DNA from: Acidobacteriota bacterium
Lineage (GTDB): Bacteria > Acidobacteriota > Terriglobia > Terriglobales > SCQP01
Length of the DNA stretch: 62,804 nt
Assembly (NCBI GenBank): GCA_027451805.1
Contig: DAIDIF010000263.1
Coordinates: forward strand, 1 to 62,804
Reading direction: 5' to 3'
Below the pieces are notes generated by a model. That model was given only the letters and a program-made list of their open reading frames with translations, did no database searches and had not been told where the DNA came from. Of the stretch, positions 46,663 to 59,436 are shown piece after piece (the first letter of the stretch is position 1; the number at the start of each line of letters is the position of its first letter). Both the position numbers and the translations under genes were made by a program.

Positions 46663-48738
46663 ATGGGAAGACGACTGGCGCGCGTCGTGGTGCTGGGAGC
46701 AGGGACGATGGGGGCGCGCGTGGCGGCACATTGCGCCAATCACGGGCTGGACGTTACGCTGCTCGACCAGACGCGCGCGCTCGCGGAAAACGGGGTAAAG
46801 GCGGCGCGGCAAGGGCGGCCGGCGGCGTTCTTCCTGCCGGAGATGGCGGAGCGGATCCAGACGGGAAGCTTTGACGACGGCGCGGCGGCGCTGGGGCGAG
46901 CCGACTGGGTACTGGAGGCGATCGTGGAGGACCTGGCGGCGAAACGGACGCTGCTGGACCGCATCGCCCCCCGGCTGGGATCGCACACACTGCTGACGAC
47001 CAACACCAGCGGCCTGCCGGTGCGGGAGGTGGGCGCGGAGCTGCCGGCCGAGGTGCAGCCGCGCTGGCTGGGGACGCACTTTTTCAACCCGCCGCGCTAC
47101 ATGAGGCTGGTCGAGATCATTCCGGGGCCGGCGACGGACGCCAAGGCGGCTCGTTGGCTGAGCACGGAACTGGAGCGCCTCCTAGGCAAGGGAGTGGTCG
47201 AAGCGCGGGACACGCCCAACTTCATCGCCAACCGGATCGGGCTGTTCGCGCTCATGAACACGCTGCGGCTGATGGAGCGGAACGAGCTGAGCGTGGAAGA
47301 GGTGGATGCACTCACCGGCCCGATCCTGGGCTGGCCGAAATCGGCGACCTTCCGAACACTGGACATGATCGGGCTGGACACGCTGCTGCAGGTGATCCGG
47401 AACACGCACGAGCACTTACCGGAGGATGAAAGCCGGGATTTGTTCCGGGCGCCGGCCTATATCGAGGAGATGGTGCAGCGGCGGTGGCTGGGCGACAAGA
47501 CCGGCCAGGGGTTCTACAAGCGCGAGGGCGACCAGATCCTGGCGATCGACGTGAAGACGCTGCGCTACCATCCGCGGACCAAGGTGCGGCTGCCGTTTGA
47601 CGACATAACAGCGGCGGTCAAGAAGAGCCCGTTTGTGGCGCGCGCCGTGCGCGAACTGATCACCTACTGCGAGCGGCGGCTGGGAGAGATCACCGACGAC
47701 CCGGCGGCGATCGACCGGGCGATGCAGTGGGGATACAACTGGAAACATGGGCCGTTCGCCCTGCGGGAGCTGGTGCAGCAGGGGCGGATCCCGCAGCCGC
47801 GGCTGGGCCACCGGCGCCGCGGCAACAACTCCTGCTCGGTGCTGGAGCTGAGTGAAGGCGTGGGCTGCCTGGAGTTGCACCAACGCAACCACGTGATCGG
47901 CGCGGAGACGGTAACGCTGGTGCGGGAGGCGCTGGAAGGCGGCATGGAGGAGGATTTCGACGCCTGGGTACTTACCAGCAGCGGCGAGCATTTTTCCTAC
48001 GGCGCCGATCTGGCCTATCTGCTGGCGCTGATCCAGAATCAGGAGTGGGACGAGGTCGAGGAGGCGGTGCGGCAGTTCCAGGCGATGACGAGCGCGGTCA
48101 AGCGGTCGCGGCGGCCGGTGGTGGCGGCGCCGGCGGGGATGGCGCTGGGTGGAGGCTGCGAACTGATGTTGCATTCGGCGCGGGTGGTGGCGCACGCGGA
48201 ACTCTATGCCGGCCTCGTGGAGGCAGGCGTAGGGCTGATTCCGGCCGGCGGCGGGACGAAGGAAATGGCCCTGCGCTGCGACCCGAAGACGGCGTTCGAG
48301 ACGATCGGTCTGGCGAAGGTGTCGACGTCGGCGGCCGAAGCGCGGGGGCTGAGGCTGCTGCGGGGGGGCGACATGGCGGTGGCGAACCGGGACCGGGTGG
48401 TGGAAGCGGCGCGACTGGCCGCGCGCCAGATGGCATACGCGGGGTATGAGCCGCCGGCAGAGGCGCACTTGACCGCGCCCGGGCCATCGGTGGAGAGCAC
48501 GCTGCGGCTGGCGGCGTTTCTAATGCGCGAGGCGGAGCAGATCACGGAACACGAGCAGAAGATCGCCGGTCATATCATTCGCGTGCTCTGCGCCGGCGGA
48601 GCGCCGGCGGGCGCTCAGGTCCCGGAGTCGAGGCTTCTGGAGCTGGAGCGGGAGGCCTTCCTCAGCCTGTGCGGCGAGGCCAAGACCCAGGAGCGGCTGG
48701 CGTACCGGCTGAAGACCGGCAAGGCGCTGCGGAACTAG
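46663..48738 (+). CDS. fadN: 3-hydroxyacyl-CoA dehydrogenase / enoyl-CoA hydratase fusion (FadN-like)
   Basis: VLGAGTMG, EAIVE, TNTSGL, HFFNPPRYM, DTPNFIANRIG, then crotonase ALGGGCE and GLVEAGVGLIPAGGG. Confidence 0.88.
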   Translation: MGRRLARVVVLGAGTMGARVAAHCANHGLDVTLLDQTRALAENGVKAARQGRPAAFFLPEMAERIQTGSFDDGAAALGRADWVLEAIVEDLAAKRTLLDRIAPRLGSHTLLTTNTSGLPVREVGAELPAEVQPRWLGTHFFNPPRYMRLVEIIPGPATDAKAARWLSTELERLLGKGVVEARDTPNFIANRIGLFALMNTLRLMERNELSVEEVDALTGPILGWPKSATFRTLDMIGLDTLLQVIRNTHEHLPEDESRDLFRAPAYIEEMVQRRWLGDKTGQGFYKREGDQILAIDVKTLRYHPRTKVRLPFDDITAAVKKSPFVARAVRELITYCERRLGEITDDPAAIDRAMQWGYNWKHGPFALRELVQQGRIPQPRLGHRRRGNNSCSVLELSEGVGCLELHQRNHVIGAETVTLVREALEGGMEEDFDAWVLTSSGEHFSYGADLAYLLALIQNQEWDEVEEAVRQFQAMTSAVKRSRRPVVAAPAGMALGGGCELMLHSARVVAHAELYAGLVEAGVGLIPAGGGTKEMALRCDPKTAFETIGLAKVSTSAAEARGLRLLRGGDMAVANRDRVVEAARLAARQMAYAGYEPPAEAHLTAPGPSVESTLRLAAFLMREAEQITEHEQKIAGHIIRVLCAGGAPAGAQVPESRLLELEREAFLSLCGEAKTQERLAYRLKTGKALRN

Positions 48739-48745
48739 GACGGCG

Positions 48746-49912
48746 ATGGCGGGCGCATACATTCTTTCGTCGGTGCGGACGCCGGTGGGGCGGGCTTTCA
48801 AAGGCGGGCTGCGGGCAACCCGGCCGGACGAGCTGGCGGCAATCGCACTGCGCGCGGCGCTGGAACGGGCGGGCGTGGAGGCGCGCGAGATCGAGGATGT
48901 GATATTGGGCTGTGCGATGCCGGAGGCGGAGCAGGGGCTGAACGTCGCGCGGATCGCGGCGCTGCGGGCGGAGCTGCCCGACGAGGTTTCGGCGGCCACG
49001 GTCAACCGATTTTGCGCTTCGGGACTGGAGGCCATCGCCATCGCCAGCCAGCGCGTGGAACTCGGCGGCGCGGAGGCGATGCTGGCGGGCGGGACGGAGA
49101 GCATGAGCCTGGTGCCGATTGTCGGCAATAAGCCCAGCGCCAACCCATGGCTGATGGACCACCGACCGGAAGCCTACCTGAGCATGGGGCTGACGGCGGA
49201 ACGCGTGGCCAAGCAGTGCGGGGTGGGGCGGGAGGCGGCAGACGCGTTCGCACTGCAAAGCCATCAGAAAGCGATCGCGGCGCAGGATGCGGGAAAATTC
49301 ACGGAAGAGATCGTGCCGGTGACGACGCGCGTGCCGGACGGGGGCGGCTGGCGGGAGACGGTGATCCGGCAGGATGAGGGGCCGCGGCGGGACACGTCGG
49401 CAGCGGCGCTGGCGGCTCTGGCGCCGGTATTCCACGCGCACGGAAGTGTGACCGCGGGCAATTCGTCGCAGGCGAGCGACGGTGCCGCGGCGGCGGTGAT
49501 CGTCTCGGAGCCGTTCCTGCAGGCGCGGCGGCTGACGCCGCGAGCGCGACTGGCCGCGTACGCGACGGTAGGCACCGATCCAGCGCTGATGGGGCTGGGA
49601 CCGGTGGGCGCGATCCCGAAGGCGCTACGGCGCGCGGGGGTTAAGCTGGAAGACATCGAGGTGATCGAGCTGAACGAGGCGTTTGCAGCGCAGGCACTGG
49701 CGGTGATCCAAGCCGCGCACCTGGACGCGGCGCGGGTGAACGTCAACGGCGGCGCAGTGGCGCTGGGGCATCCGCTGGGATGCACCGGGGCGAAGCTCCT
49801 GGCGACGCTTCTGGGAGAGCTGGAACGGCGGCGGGCGCGGTGGGGACTGATCACGATGTGCGTGGGCGGGGGGCAGGGGGCGGCGGCGGTGGTGGAGAAC
49901 CTGAGACGGTGA
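48746..49912 (+). CDS. fadA: Acetyl-CoA C-acyltransferase (thiolase)
   Basis: TVNRFCASG, AGNSSQASDGAA, ELNEAFA, NGGAVALGHPLG and TMCVGGGQG. Confidence 0.95.
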   Translation: MAGAYILSSVRTPVGRAFKGGLRATRPDELAAIALRAALERAGVEAREIEDVILGCAMPEAEQGLNVARIAALRAELPDEVSAATVNRFCASGLEAIAIASQRVELGGAEAMLAGGTESMSLVPIVGNKPSANPWLMDHRPEAYLSMGLTAERVAKQCGVGREAADAFALQSHQKAIAAQDAGKFTEEIVPVTTRVPDGGGWRETVIRQDEGPRRDTSAAALAALAPVFHAHGSVTAGNSSQASDGAAAAVIVSEPFLQARRLTPRARLAAYATVGTDPALMGLGPVGAIPKALRRAGVKLEDIEVIELNEAFAAQALAVIQAAHLDAARVNVNGGAVALGHPLGCTGAKLLATLLGELERRRARWGLITMCVGGGQGAAAVVENLRR

Positions 49913-49914
49913 CC

Positions 49915-51567
49915 ATGGCAGGCGCAGACGGCGAATTTGGCGGATCGTTTCTCCTGCGGGCGCCGTCGGCGACGCTGACGCCTGAGGGCTTCAGCGAGCA
50001 GGAACAGCTGATTGCGCAGACGGCGGAGCGGTTCGCCCAGGAAGAGATCCTGCCCGCCGCCGAGGCGATCGAGGAGCCAGACTACGCGCGGCTGCGGAGC
50101 CTGCTGCGGGCGGCAGGCGAGCTGGGATTGACCGGCGTGGATGTGCCGGAGGCGTATGGCGGGTTGGGCATGGATTTCGCCGCGTCAGCGATCGTGGCCG
50201 ACCATCTGGCGGTGCTGGGGTCGTTTTCCGTAGCGTTCGGCGCGCACACCGGCATCGGCACGCTCCCGCTGGCGCTGTTCGGCAACGCGGAGCAAAAGCA
50301 GAAGTACCTGCCACGGCTGGCTTCGGCCACCTGGGTGGGCGCCTACGCGCTGAGCGAGGCGGGCTCGGGCTCGGATGCGCTGGCGATGCGGACCGAGGCG
50401 CGACTGAGCGAGGACGGCAGCGCTTACCTGCTGAGCGGCGAGAAGATGTGGATCAGCAATGCGGGAATCGCCGACCTGTTCACGGTGTTCGCACGCACCG
50501 GCGAGACGATCAGCGCGTTTCTGGTGGAGGCAACCACGCCGGGCGTCGAGACCGGGCCCGAGGAGCACAAGATGGGCCTCCACGGCTCCTCGACGCGGGC
50601 GCTTCGGCTGCAGGAGGTGCGGGTGCCGCGCGCCAACGTACTCGGCGGCGAGGGCGAAGGCGCGCACATCGCGTTCCGAATCCTCAATGTGGGCCGCTTC
50701 AAGTTGGGCGCGGCCTGCATCGGCGGCGCGAGGAACTGCCTGCGCGACGCGATCACCTATGCGCGCCAGCGCCACGCCTTCGGGCGGCCGATCGCGGAGT
50801 TCGGGCTGATCCGGCAGCAGATCGGCGCAATGGCGCTGCACCTGTACGCGGCAGAGTCGGCCGTATACCGGGTGGCGCACCTGCTGGACGACGGACATGG
50901 GCTGGACGAGTATGCGATCGAGTGCGCCATCGTCAAGGTGCATGCCAGCGAGATGCTCGACCGGGTGGTGGACGCGGCGGTGCAGATTCACGGCGGCAAT
51001 GGGTTCGTGCGCGGCAATCCGGCGGAACGCGCCTTCCGCGACGCACGCGTGAACCGGATCTTCGAGGGCACGAACGAGATCAACCGGCTGCTGATCAGCG
51101 GCACGATGCTGCGACGGGCACAGCAGGGGCGCTTGCAGCTGACGGCGGCGGTGGAACAGACGATGGCGGAGCTGCTGGACACGCCGGCGGCGACGAGCGC
51201 GGCCGAGCAGGCGAGAAGGGCGTTGCTGCTGGCGGCGGGCGTCGCCTTCCGGCGGCACGGTGCGGCGCTGGAGGAAGAGCAGACGGTCCTGGCGGCGCTG
51301 GCGGATCTGGCGATTGCCGCGTTCGTGCTCCAGGCGGTGGAAGCGCGGCAGGCGGACAGCCCGTTCGCGGCGGCGATCGCCGCCGAAGCGATGGACGCGG
51401 TGGACGTGCGGGCGCGGCGGGCGCTCTGCGCGCTGAGCGAAGGCGACGAGCTGCGGACGCAACTGGCGTGGCTGCGGCGGCTGCTACGGCGGGAGCCGGC
51501 CAACCTCGACCGCATGCAACTGGAGATCGGGGCGAAGCAGACGGAAGCCGGGCGGTACGCTACGTAG
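49915..51567 (+). CDS. fadE: Acyl-CoA dehydrogenase (FadE/VLCAD-like)
   Basis: AYALSEAGSGSDA, GEKMWISN, EHKMGLHGSST, RHAFGRPI, VQIHGGNG and RIFEGTNEINR. Confidence 0.9.
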   Translation: MAGADGEFGGSFLLRAPSATLTPEGFSEQEQLIAQTAERFAQEEILPAAEAIEEPDYARLRSLLRAAGELGLTGVDVPEAYGGLGMDFAASAIVADHLAVLGSFSVAFGAHTGIGTLPLALFGNAEQKQKYLPRLASATWVGAYALSEAGSGSDALAMRTEARLSEDGSAYLLSGEKMWISNAGIADLFTVFARTGETISAFLVEATTPGVETGPEEHKMGLHGSSTRALRLQEVRVPRANVLGGEGEGAHIAFRILNVGRFKLGAACIGGARNCLRDAITYARQRHAFGRPIAEFGLIRQQIGAMALHLYAAESAVYRVAHLLDDGHGLDEYAIECAIVKVHASEMLDRVVDAAVQIHGGNGFVRGNPAERAFRDARVNRIFEGTNEINRLLISGTMLRRAQQGRLQLTAAVEQTMAELLDTPAATSAAEQARRALLLAAGVAFRRHGAALEEEQTVLAALADLAIAAFVLQAVEARQADSPFAAAIAAEAMDAVDVRARRALCALSEGDELRTQLAWLRRLLRREPANLDRMQLEIGAKQTEAGRYAT

Positions 51568-51568
51568 C

Positions 51569-53088
51569 CTAGGCAGGCGCGACCGACGGCACGGACACCG
51601 CCGGACGCCGGCGCACCTGCGCACTGTACACGGCGCGGCCATCGGGCAACTCCCCCGTGTTGCCGGGGGCGAGCGCCAAGCGGCGCAGCAGGCCGGCCTC
51701 CAGGTTCAGACCAAGGCATTGGTTGGCCAATTCGACGGCGCGGGCGGCGTAGGCAATGGTCTGCGAGGCTTCGATGCCGGCAATGTCGTCGAAAAACCAG
51801 CCGCAACTGGTGTACATGAACATGGCGTAGCGCTGCATCTCCAGCAGCCCCCAGAGCAGGTCGAGTTCCTGCGGCAAGAGATCGTGACGGGCGTGCTGCT
51901 GAAGAAACCGCGCCGCGGCTTCGGGCGAGCGATCGAGGAGGATGTCGATGTAGTCATTGCGGGCGGCCCAGGGGTTCCACAACAGCTTCGACGCCGCCTG
52001 CTGGTAGGCCGGGGCCAGGCGGTCACGCAGCCAATCCAGCGCGGAACGGAGCGGCGCGCGCCAGGCCTGATTCCACTGGGGGAAGCCGCCAGAGTTGCAG
52101 CCACAATCGGCGCGCCAGCGCTCGACACCGTGGACGCAGCTCCAGGAGGAGTTCTCGACGATCTCGACCTCGCGCACGGGAGGATGAGCGGCGAGGAAGG
52201 CACGGTAGTTGGTTACCAGCACGTCGGGGCGTTCCTCGAGGAAGCGCAAGGCCGCGGCCAGCGCCATTTCGCCGAAGCGGTGATGGTGGCCGTAGCTTTC
52301 ACCATCGGTGGCGATGTTGACAAGCTGGGGCTCGCGGCGGCGGCCGTCGAAGGCGGAGGCGAGACGCTCCGCGAAGGCACAGCCGTCATTCAAGAGGCCC
52401 TCAAAGGCGACCGCCTGGGCGATGCCGGCGTCGTAAAAGAAGACGGTAATGTGGCGCTCGGAGGGCAGGCGCACCTGGTAGGCGAAGTGCGGATCCACGC
52501 CACCGGCGGAGACGTCTTGCCAGCGGGAACTGCCGAACCGGCGCACGCGGCGCGCCTGGCGGGGCGCCAGGATGGTGAAGTGGATGCCGGCGGCGGCCAG
52601 ATCCTCCAGGCTGTCGAGATCCACCGCTGTTTCCGGCAGCCACATGCCTTCCGGCTCGCGGCCGAAGCGGCGGGCGAAATCACGGCTGCCCCAGATCACC
52701 TGAGTGGCGCGATCGCGGGCGTTGGCCAAGGGCAGGATCATATGGTTATAAGCCTGCGCCATGCCGCCGCGGGCGACGCGATCGGCGGCAAGCACGGCGG
52801 CGTAGACATCGGGCGCGGCCCGCTCCAGCCAGGAGAGCAGGGTGGGGCCGAAGTCGAAGCTGATGTGGGCGTAATTGTTGGAAGCGGCGATCTGGTTGCC
52901 CAACTGATCCAGGATACGGGCGGCGGTGTTGGGGCGATAACACTCGTCGGTGATGCGTTCGTTCCAGTCGTGGTAGGGCTCGGCGGAGGCCTGGCGTTCG
53001 ATCGTCCCGAGCCAAGGGTTCTCGCGCGGCGGCTGGTAGAAGTGACCGTGGATGCAGACTGAAGGGCAGGGCAGGCGGCTTTCGCCGG

Positions 53089-53092
<4 letters not shown>
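51569..53092 (-). CDS. Glycoside hydrolase family 57 (DUF3536-associated type)
   Basis: [54 protein letters not shown] and [14 protein letters not shown] overlap with glgB. Confidence 0.88.
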
Positions 53093-55068
<1,976 letters not shown>

Positions 55069-55137
55069 CTCAAAGCCACCTTAGCACCTTGGCGGAACGT
55101 TCGCTTTCGGCGAAATGGATATACTGAAGTTCAAGGT

Positions 55138-55911
55138 ATGCCGATCACCGCGATCATCGTTGATGATGAGAAGTTGGCGCGGGACGAGCTGGGATTTCTG
55201 CTCAAGGCGTTCCCGGAGATCGCCGTCGTCGCGGAGGGCCAGAACGGCCTGGAGGCGGTAAAACTGGTGCGGCAGTACCAGCCGGACCTGCTGTTTTTGG
55301 ATGCGCAGATGCCCGGCTTGGACGGCTTCGGAGCGGTGAAGATGCTGGAGCAGAAGCGCCTACCGATACCGTACCTGGTATTTGCGACCGCCTACGATCA
55401 GTATGCGTTGCAGGCGTTTGAAGTGAGCGCGGTGGATTACCTGCTCAAACCGTTCGACCAGCAGCGGTTGGCGAAAACGGTGGAGAAGGTCAAGCGTCAT
55501 TTGCAGACTGGGGACTCGGTGGCAGGCAAGATCGATCGTGTCCTGCAGATGCTGGACAGCCGTCGCTCCGGCGGCACCGTCAAGGTGCCGGTGCGCGCCA
55601 ACGGCCGGCAGTACCTGCTGGACCCGCAGGACATCGTTTTCGCGAAAGTGGACAACGGCGTGGTGCTGGTGGCCACGCGCCAGTTCGAGGGGCAGGCCAA
55701 CTTTCGCACGATCGAGGACTTGCAGGCCCATTTGGACGCCCAAGTCTTCTGGCGCGCCCACCGCGCCTATTTGGTGAACCTGGATCACGTGCAGGAGGTG
55801 GTGCCGTGGTTCAACAGCAGCTATCAACTGCGCATGAACGACCGGAAGCAGAGCGAGATCCCGGTGAGCCGGAATCAGAGCCGGCAGTTGCGGGAGCGAT
55901 TCCGGCTCTGA
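55138..55911 (+). CDS. LytR/AlgR family response regulator (receiver plus LytTR)
   Basis: IIVDDE, FLDAQMP, FATAY, DYLLKP, then FWRAHRAYLVN and IPVSR. No kinase in the window. Confidence 0.93.
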   Translation: MPITAIIVDDEKLARDELGFLLKAFPEIAVVAEGQNGLEAVKLVRQYQPDLLFLDAQMPGLDGFGAVKMLEQKRLPIPYLVFATAYDQYALQAFEVSAVDYLLKPFDQQRLAKTVEKVKRHLQTGDSVAGKIDRVLQMLDSRRSGGTVKVPVRANGRQYLLDPQDIVFAKVDNGVVLVATRQFEGQANFRTIEDLQAHLDAQVFWRAHRAYLVNLDHVQEVVPWFNSSYQLRMNDRKQSEIPVSRNQSRQLRERFRL

Positions 55912-55984
55912 CGGCGGAATGAACTGCCCATCCTACCGCTCGGTCTGTTGACGGAGCGCGAGCGTGGCTTCGATAATGGCTTCG

Positions 55985-58138
55985 ATGGCTCTCAAGTTGC
56001 AAGCGTCGGCGAAAGCCGCGGCCCCAGGTGAACTCACCCCGGACCGCATGCTCGAACTCTACCGGGTGATGGTGCTCTCGCGGCGGTTGGATGACCGCGA
56101 AATCCTGCTGAAGCGGCAGCAAAAGATCTACTTCCAGATCAGCGGCGCGGGCCACGAAGCGATCACGGTGGCGGCGGGCGACCAATTGCGGCCCGGCTAC
56201 GACTGGGTATATCCGTATTACCGCGACCGGGCGCTGTGCCTGCGGCTGGGGGTGACGCCGACAGAGATGCTGTTGGAGGCGGTGGGCGCAGCCGACGATC
56301 CGGCCTCGGGCGGGCGGCAGATGCCCTCGCACTGGGGACACGCCAAGTACAACATCGTCAGCAGCTCCAGCCCCACCGGGACGCAGTACCTGCAGGCGCT
56401 GGGCTGTGCGGAAGCGGGCCGGCACCTGCAGCGCCATCCCGAGGTGGATACGTGGCTGCGGGAACATCCGCACCCGCAACCCGCCCTGCACCACGCCGAT
56501 GAGGTGGTGCTGGTGAGTTCGGGCGAAGGCGCGACGAGCGAAGGCGAGTTCTGGGAAGCACTCAACGGCGCGTGCCGGGAACAACTGCCGGTGCTGTTTC
56601 TGATCGAGGACAACGGCTACGCCATATCGGTGCCGGCGGAAGTGCAGGGCGCGGGGGTGAGCGTCGCCAGCCTGGTGGCGCGCTTCCCGCACCTGGAGGT
56701 CATCTCCTGCGACGGCTGCGACCTGGCGGAGAGCTACGCCGCCATCGGGCAGGCGCTGCGGCACTGCCGTAGCGGACGCGGTCCGGCGCTGGTGCAGGCG
56801 CAGGTGGTGCGGCCGTATTCGCACTCGCTTTCGGACGATGAACGGCTGTATCGGCCGGACGAAGAGCGGGAAGAGGAAGCGCGGCGCGACCCGATCGCGC
56901 GGCTGCGCGAGCGGCTGCTGCAGACCGGCACGGCGAGCGTGCAGGAGCTGGACGGGCTGGAAGCAGAGGTGGAGGCGGAGGTCGGCGCGGCGGCCGACGC
57001 GGCTCTGGCCGCGTCCCTTCCACCCAGCAGCTCGATTTACGACTTTTTGTATTCACCGGACGTGGACATGACGTCGGCGGCGTTCGAGAGCCAACCGGCC
57101 GCGGGCGACAGCAAGCCGCAGACCATGGTGGACCTGATCAATGCCTGTCTGCAGGACGAGATGGCGCGCGATCCACGCATCCTGGTGTTTGGCGAAGACG
57201 TGGCGGACTGCACGCGACAAGAGAACCTGAGCAAGGTGAAGGGCAAGGGCGGCGTGTTCAAGGTTACGGCCGGATTGCAGCGGCGCTTCGGCACCGAACG
57301 AGTCTACAATTCGCCGCTGGCGGAGGCTTCCATCGTCGGGCGGGCGATCGGACTGGCAACGCGAGGCCTGAAGCCGGTGCCGGAGGTGCAGTTTTTCGAC
57401 TACATCTGGCCGGCGATGATGCAGATCCGCAACGAGCTGGCGGTGATGCGCTGGCGCTCGAACGGCAGCTTTGCGGCGCCCGTGGTGCTGCGCGTGGCGA
57501 TCGGCGGCTACCTGACGGGGGGCGCGATTTACCACAGCCAATGTGGCGAGTCCATCTTCACTCATATTCCCGGGCTGCGGGTGGCGATGCCCTCGACCGC
57601 ACTGGACGCGTGCGGATTGCTGCGCACGGCGTTGCGGGGCGAGGACCCGGTGTTGTTTCTCGAGCACAAGCGGCTGTACCGCGAGCCTTTCAACCGCGGG
57701 CCCAATCCGGGGCCGGACTACTGCATTCCCTTCGGCAAAGCGCGCGTGGCACGGCCGGGGAGCGATTTGACGGTCGTCACCTACGGCGCGGTGGTGCCGC
57801 GAGCGCTGCAGGCGGCGGAGAAGCTGGCGCACGAAACCGGTGTACAGGTGGAAGTGATCGACCTGCGCAGCCTGGCGCCGTACGACTGGGAAGCGATTGC
57901 CGCTTCGGTGCGCAAGACCTCCCGAGTCATCGTGGCCTATGAGGACGTGCTCAGCTTCGGCTACGGGGCGGAGATCGCGGCGCGGATTGCCGACGAGTTG
58001 TTCGAGGACCTGGACGCTCCGGTGCGGCGCGTGGCGGCCAAGGACGTGTTCTGCGCCTACCAGCCGTCGCTCGAAGACGTCATCCTGCCGCAGGCCGAGG
58101 ATCTGCACCACGCGATGGCCGACCTGCTGCGCTATTAG
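55985..58138 (+). CDS. Fused 2-oxoacid dehydrogenase E1 alpha/beta (branched-chain type)
   Basis: GAGHEA, YYRDR, GRQMPSH, TPP motif GEGATSEG...N, HSLSDD, then FGEDV, GVFKVT, NSPLAE, EVQFFDY and HSQ. ATG 55985 preferred. Confidence 0.92.
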   Translation: MALKLQASAKAAAPGELTPDRMLELYRVMVLSRRLDDREILLKRQQKIYFQISGAGHEAITVAAGDQLRPGYDWVYPYYRDRALCLRLGVTPTEMLLEAVGAADDPASGGRQMPSHWGHAKYNIVSSSSPTGTQYLQALGCAEAGRHLQRHPEVDTWLREHPHPQPALHHADEVVLVSSGEGATSEGEFWEALNGACREQLPVLFLIEDNGYAISVPAEVQGAGVSVASLVARFPHLEVISCDGCDLAESYAAIGQALRHCRSGRGPALVQAQVVRPYSHSLSDDERLYRPDEEREEEARRDPIARLRERLLQTGTASVQELDGLEAEVEAEVGAAADAALAASLPPSSSIYDFLYSPDVDMTSAAFESQPAAGDSKPQTMVDLINACLQDEMARDPRILVFGEDVADCTRQENLSKVKGKGGVFKVTAGLQRRFGTERVYNSPLAEASIVGRAIGLATRGLKPVPEVQFFDYIWPAMMQIRNELAVMRWRSNGSFAAPVVLRVAIGGYLTGGAIYHSQCGESIFTHIPGLRVAMPSTALDACGLLRTALRGEDPVLFLEHKRLYREPFNRGPNPGPDYCIPFGKARVARPGSDLTVVTYGAVVPRALQAAEKLAHETGVQVEVIDLRSLAPYDWEAIAASVRKTSRVIVAYEDVLSFGYGAEIAARIADELFEDLDAPVRRVAAKDVFCAYQPSLEDVILPQAEDLHHAMADLLRY

Positions 58139-58145
58139 CCCGCGA

Positions 58146-59411
58146 TCAGGCTTTGCCGATCGCCACCAGATAGACCAGATAGCCATTGAGCAGGAGGATG
58201 GTCGCGGTCGCGATCCATCCGAGCACCGCAGTGGCACGCTGCACCGCCAGCGGCCCCATCACGCGCATGTCCTGCACCAATAGAATCAGCGGTACGATCG
58301 CGAACGGCAGGGCGAAACTCAAGACGACCTGCGTGAACACCAGGACTCGCAGCGGATCCATGCCGATCGCAATCACCACCAGGGCGGGAATGACAGTCAG
58401 AGCGCGGCGATAGAAGATATTGAAGTTGACGTGCAGGAAGCCTTCCAGTACCACTTGGCCGGCCATGGTACCGACCACGGAGGAGGACAGGCCGGAACAC
58501 AGCAGCGCCAGCGCGAAGGCCCAGGCGGCGGCGCCGCCGAGCAGCGGGACGAGCGTCTTGTGCGCCAGCTCGATGGTCATCGTGTGGAGACCGCCGCGGT
58601 AGAAAACGGCGGCGGCCATGATGAGCATGGCGGAGTTCACCAGCCAGGAGCCGTTCATCGCCACCAGCACGTCCCAGAGCTCGTAGCGTGCGTGCCGCAG
58701 GCTGTGGCTGGGATCGTCGGCGCGGTAGCGGTGCTGCACCAGGGCGGAGTGAAGGTACACAACATGGGGCATCACCGTCGCCCCCAACATCGCCACCGCG
58801 AGATAGGCACTGGACTCGCTGATGTGGGGCACGAAGGTAGCCGTAAACACCGCCGGCCAGTCCGGACGGGCAAGAAGGATCTCGTAAAAATAGGCGGTGG
58901 CAATCACGCCGACAAACAGCATGATCACGTGCTCCAGGCGGCGGAATCCGTAGACCTCGACCGCCAGAATCAGGAACACGCCGCCGGTGGTGAGCAGCGC
59001 AGCCGTAAATAGCGGGACATGGAGGAGAAGATAGAAGCCGAGCGCCGCGCCGAGGAACTCGGCGATGTCGGTGGCCATGGCCGCCACTTCGGCGGCCAGC
59101 CAGAGGACGACCACGGTGGGGCGGGAGAAGCGCTCGCGGCACAGTTGAGGCAAGGTCTTGCCGGTGGCGATGCCGAGCTTGGCGGAGAGAAACTGCACCA
59201 GCATCGCCATCAGGTTTGACCAGAGCAGCACCCACAGCAGCAGGTAGCCGAACTCGGCGCCGCCTTGGATGTTGGCGGCAAAGTTGCCGGGGTCAATGTA
59301 GGCGATGCTGGCGATGAAGGCGGGACCGAAATAGAACCAAATCTCATGGCGGCGCCAACCGGAGCGAGGTGGTTCAGCGACGGTTGGGGCGCGTGCCGGT
59401 TCCGGATTCAC
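58146..59411 (-). CDS. mntH: Nramp family divalent metal (Mn2+/Fe2+) transporter
   Basis: IAYIDPGNF, QFLSAKLG.ATG, ATDIAEFLG and GATVMPH.VYLHS. Confidence 0.95.
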   Translation of the reverse strand: MNPEPARAPTVAEPPRSGWRRHEIWFYFGPAFIASIAYIDPGNFAANIQGGAEFGYLLLWVLLWSNLMAMLVQFLSAKLGIATGKTLPQLCRERFSRPTVVVLWLAAEVAAMATDIAEFLGAALGFYLLLHVPLFTAALLTTGGVFLILAVEVYGFRRLEHVIMLFVGVIATAYFYEILLARPDWPAVFTATFVPHISESSAYLAVAMLGATVMPHVVYLHSALVQHRYRADDPSHSLRHARYELWDVLVAMNGSWLVNSAMLIMAAAVFYRGGLHTMTIELAHKTLVPLLGGAAAWAFALALLCSGLSSSVVGTMAGQVVLEGFLHVNFNIFYRRALTVIPALVVIAIGMDPLRVLVFTQVVLSFALPFAIVPLILLVQDMRVMGPLAVQRATAVLGWIATATILLLNGYLVYLVAIGKA

Positions 59412-59436
59412 AGCCCAGTCTACCGCAAGGATGGGT

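Noticed and set aside
59412-59436. yybP-ykoY Mn riboswitch or MntR/Fur box upstream of mntH
   Set aside because: Only 25 nt separate cinA and mntH, mostly taken up by the -10 element. No recognisable motif.
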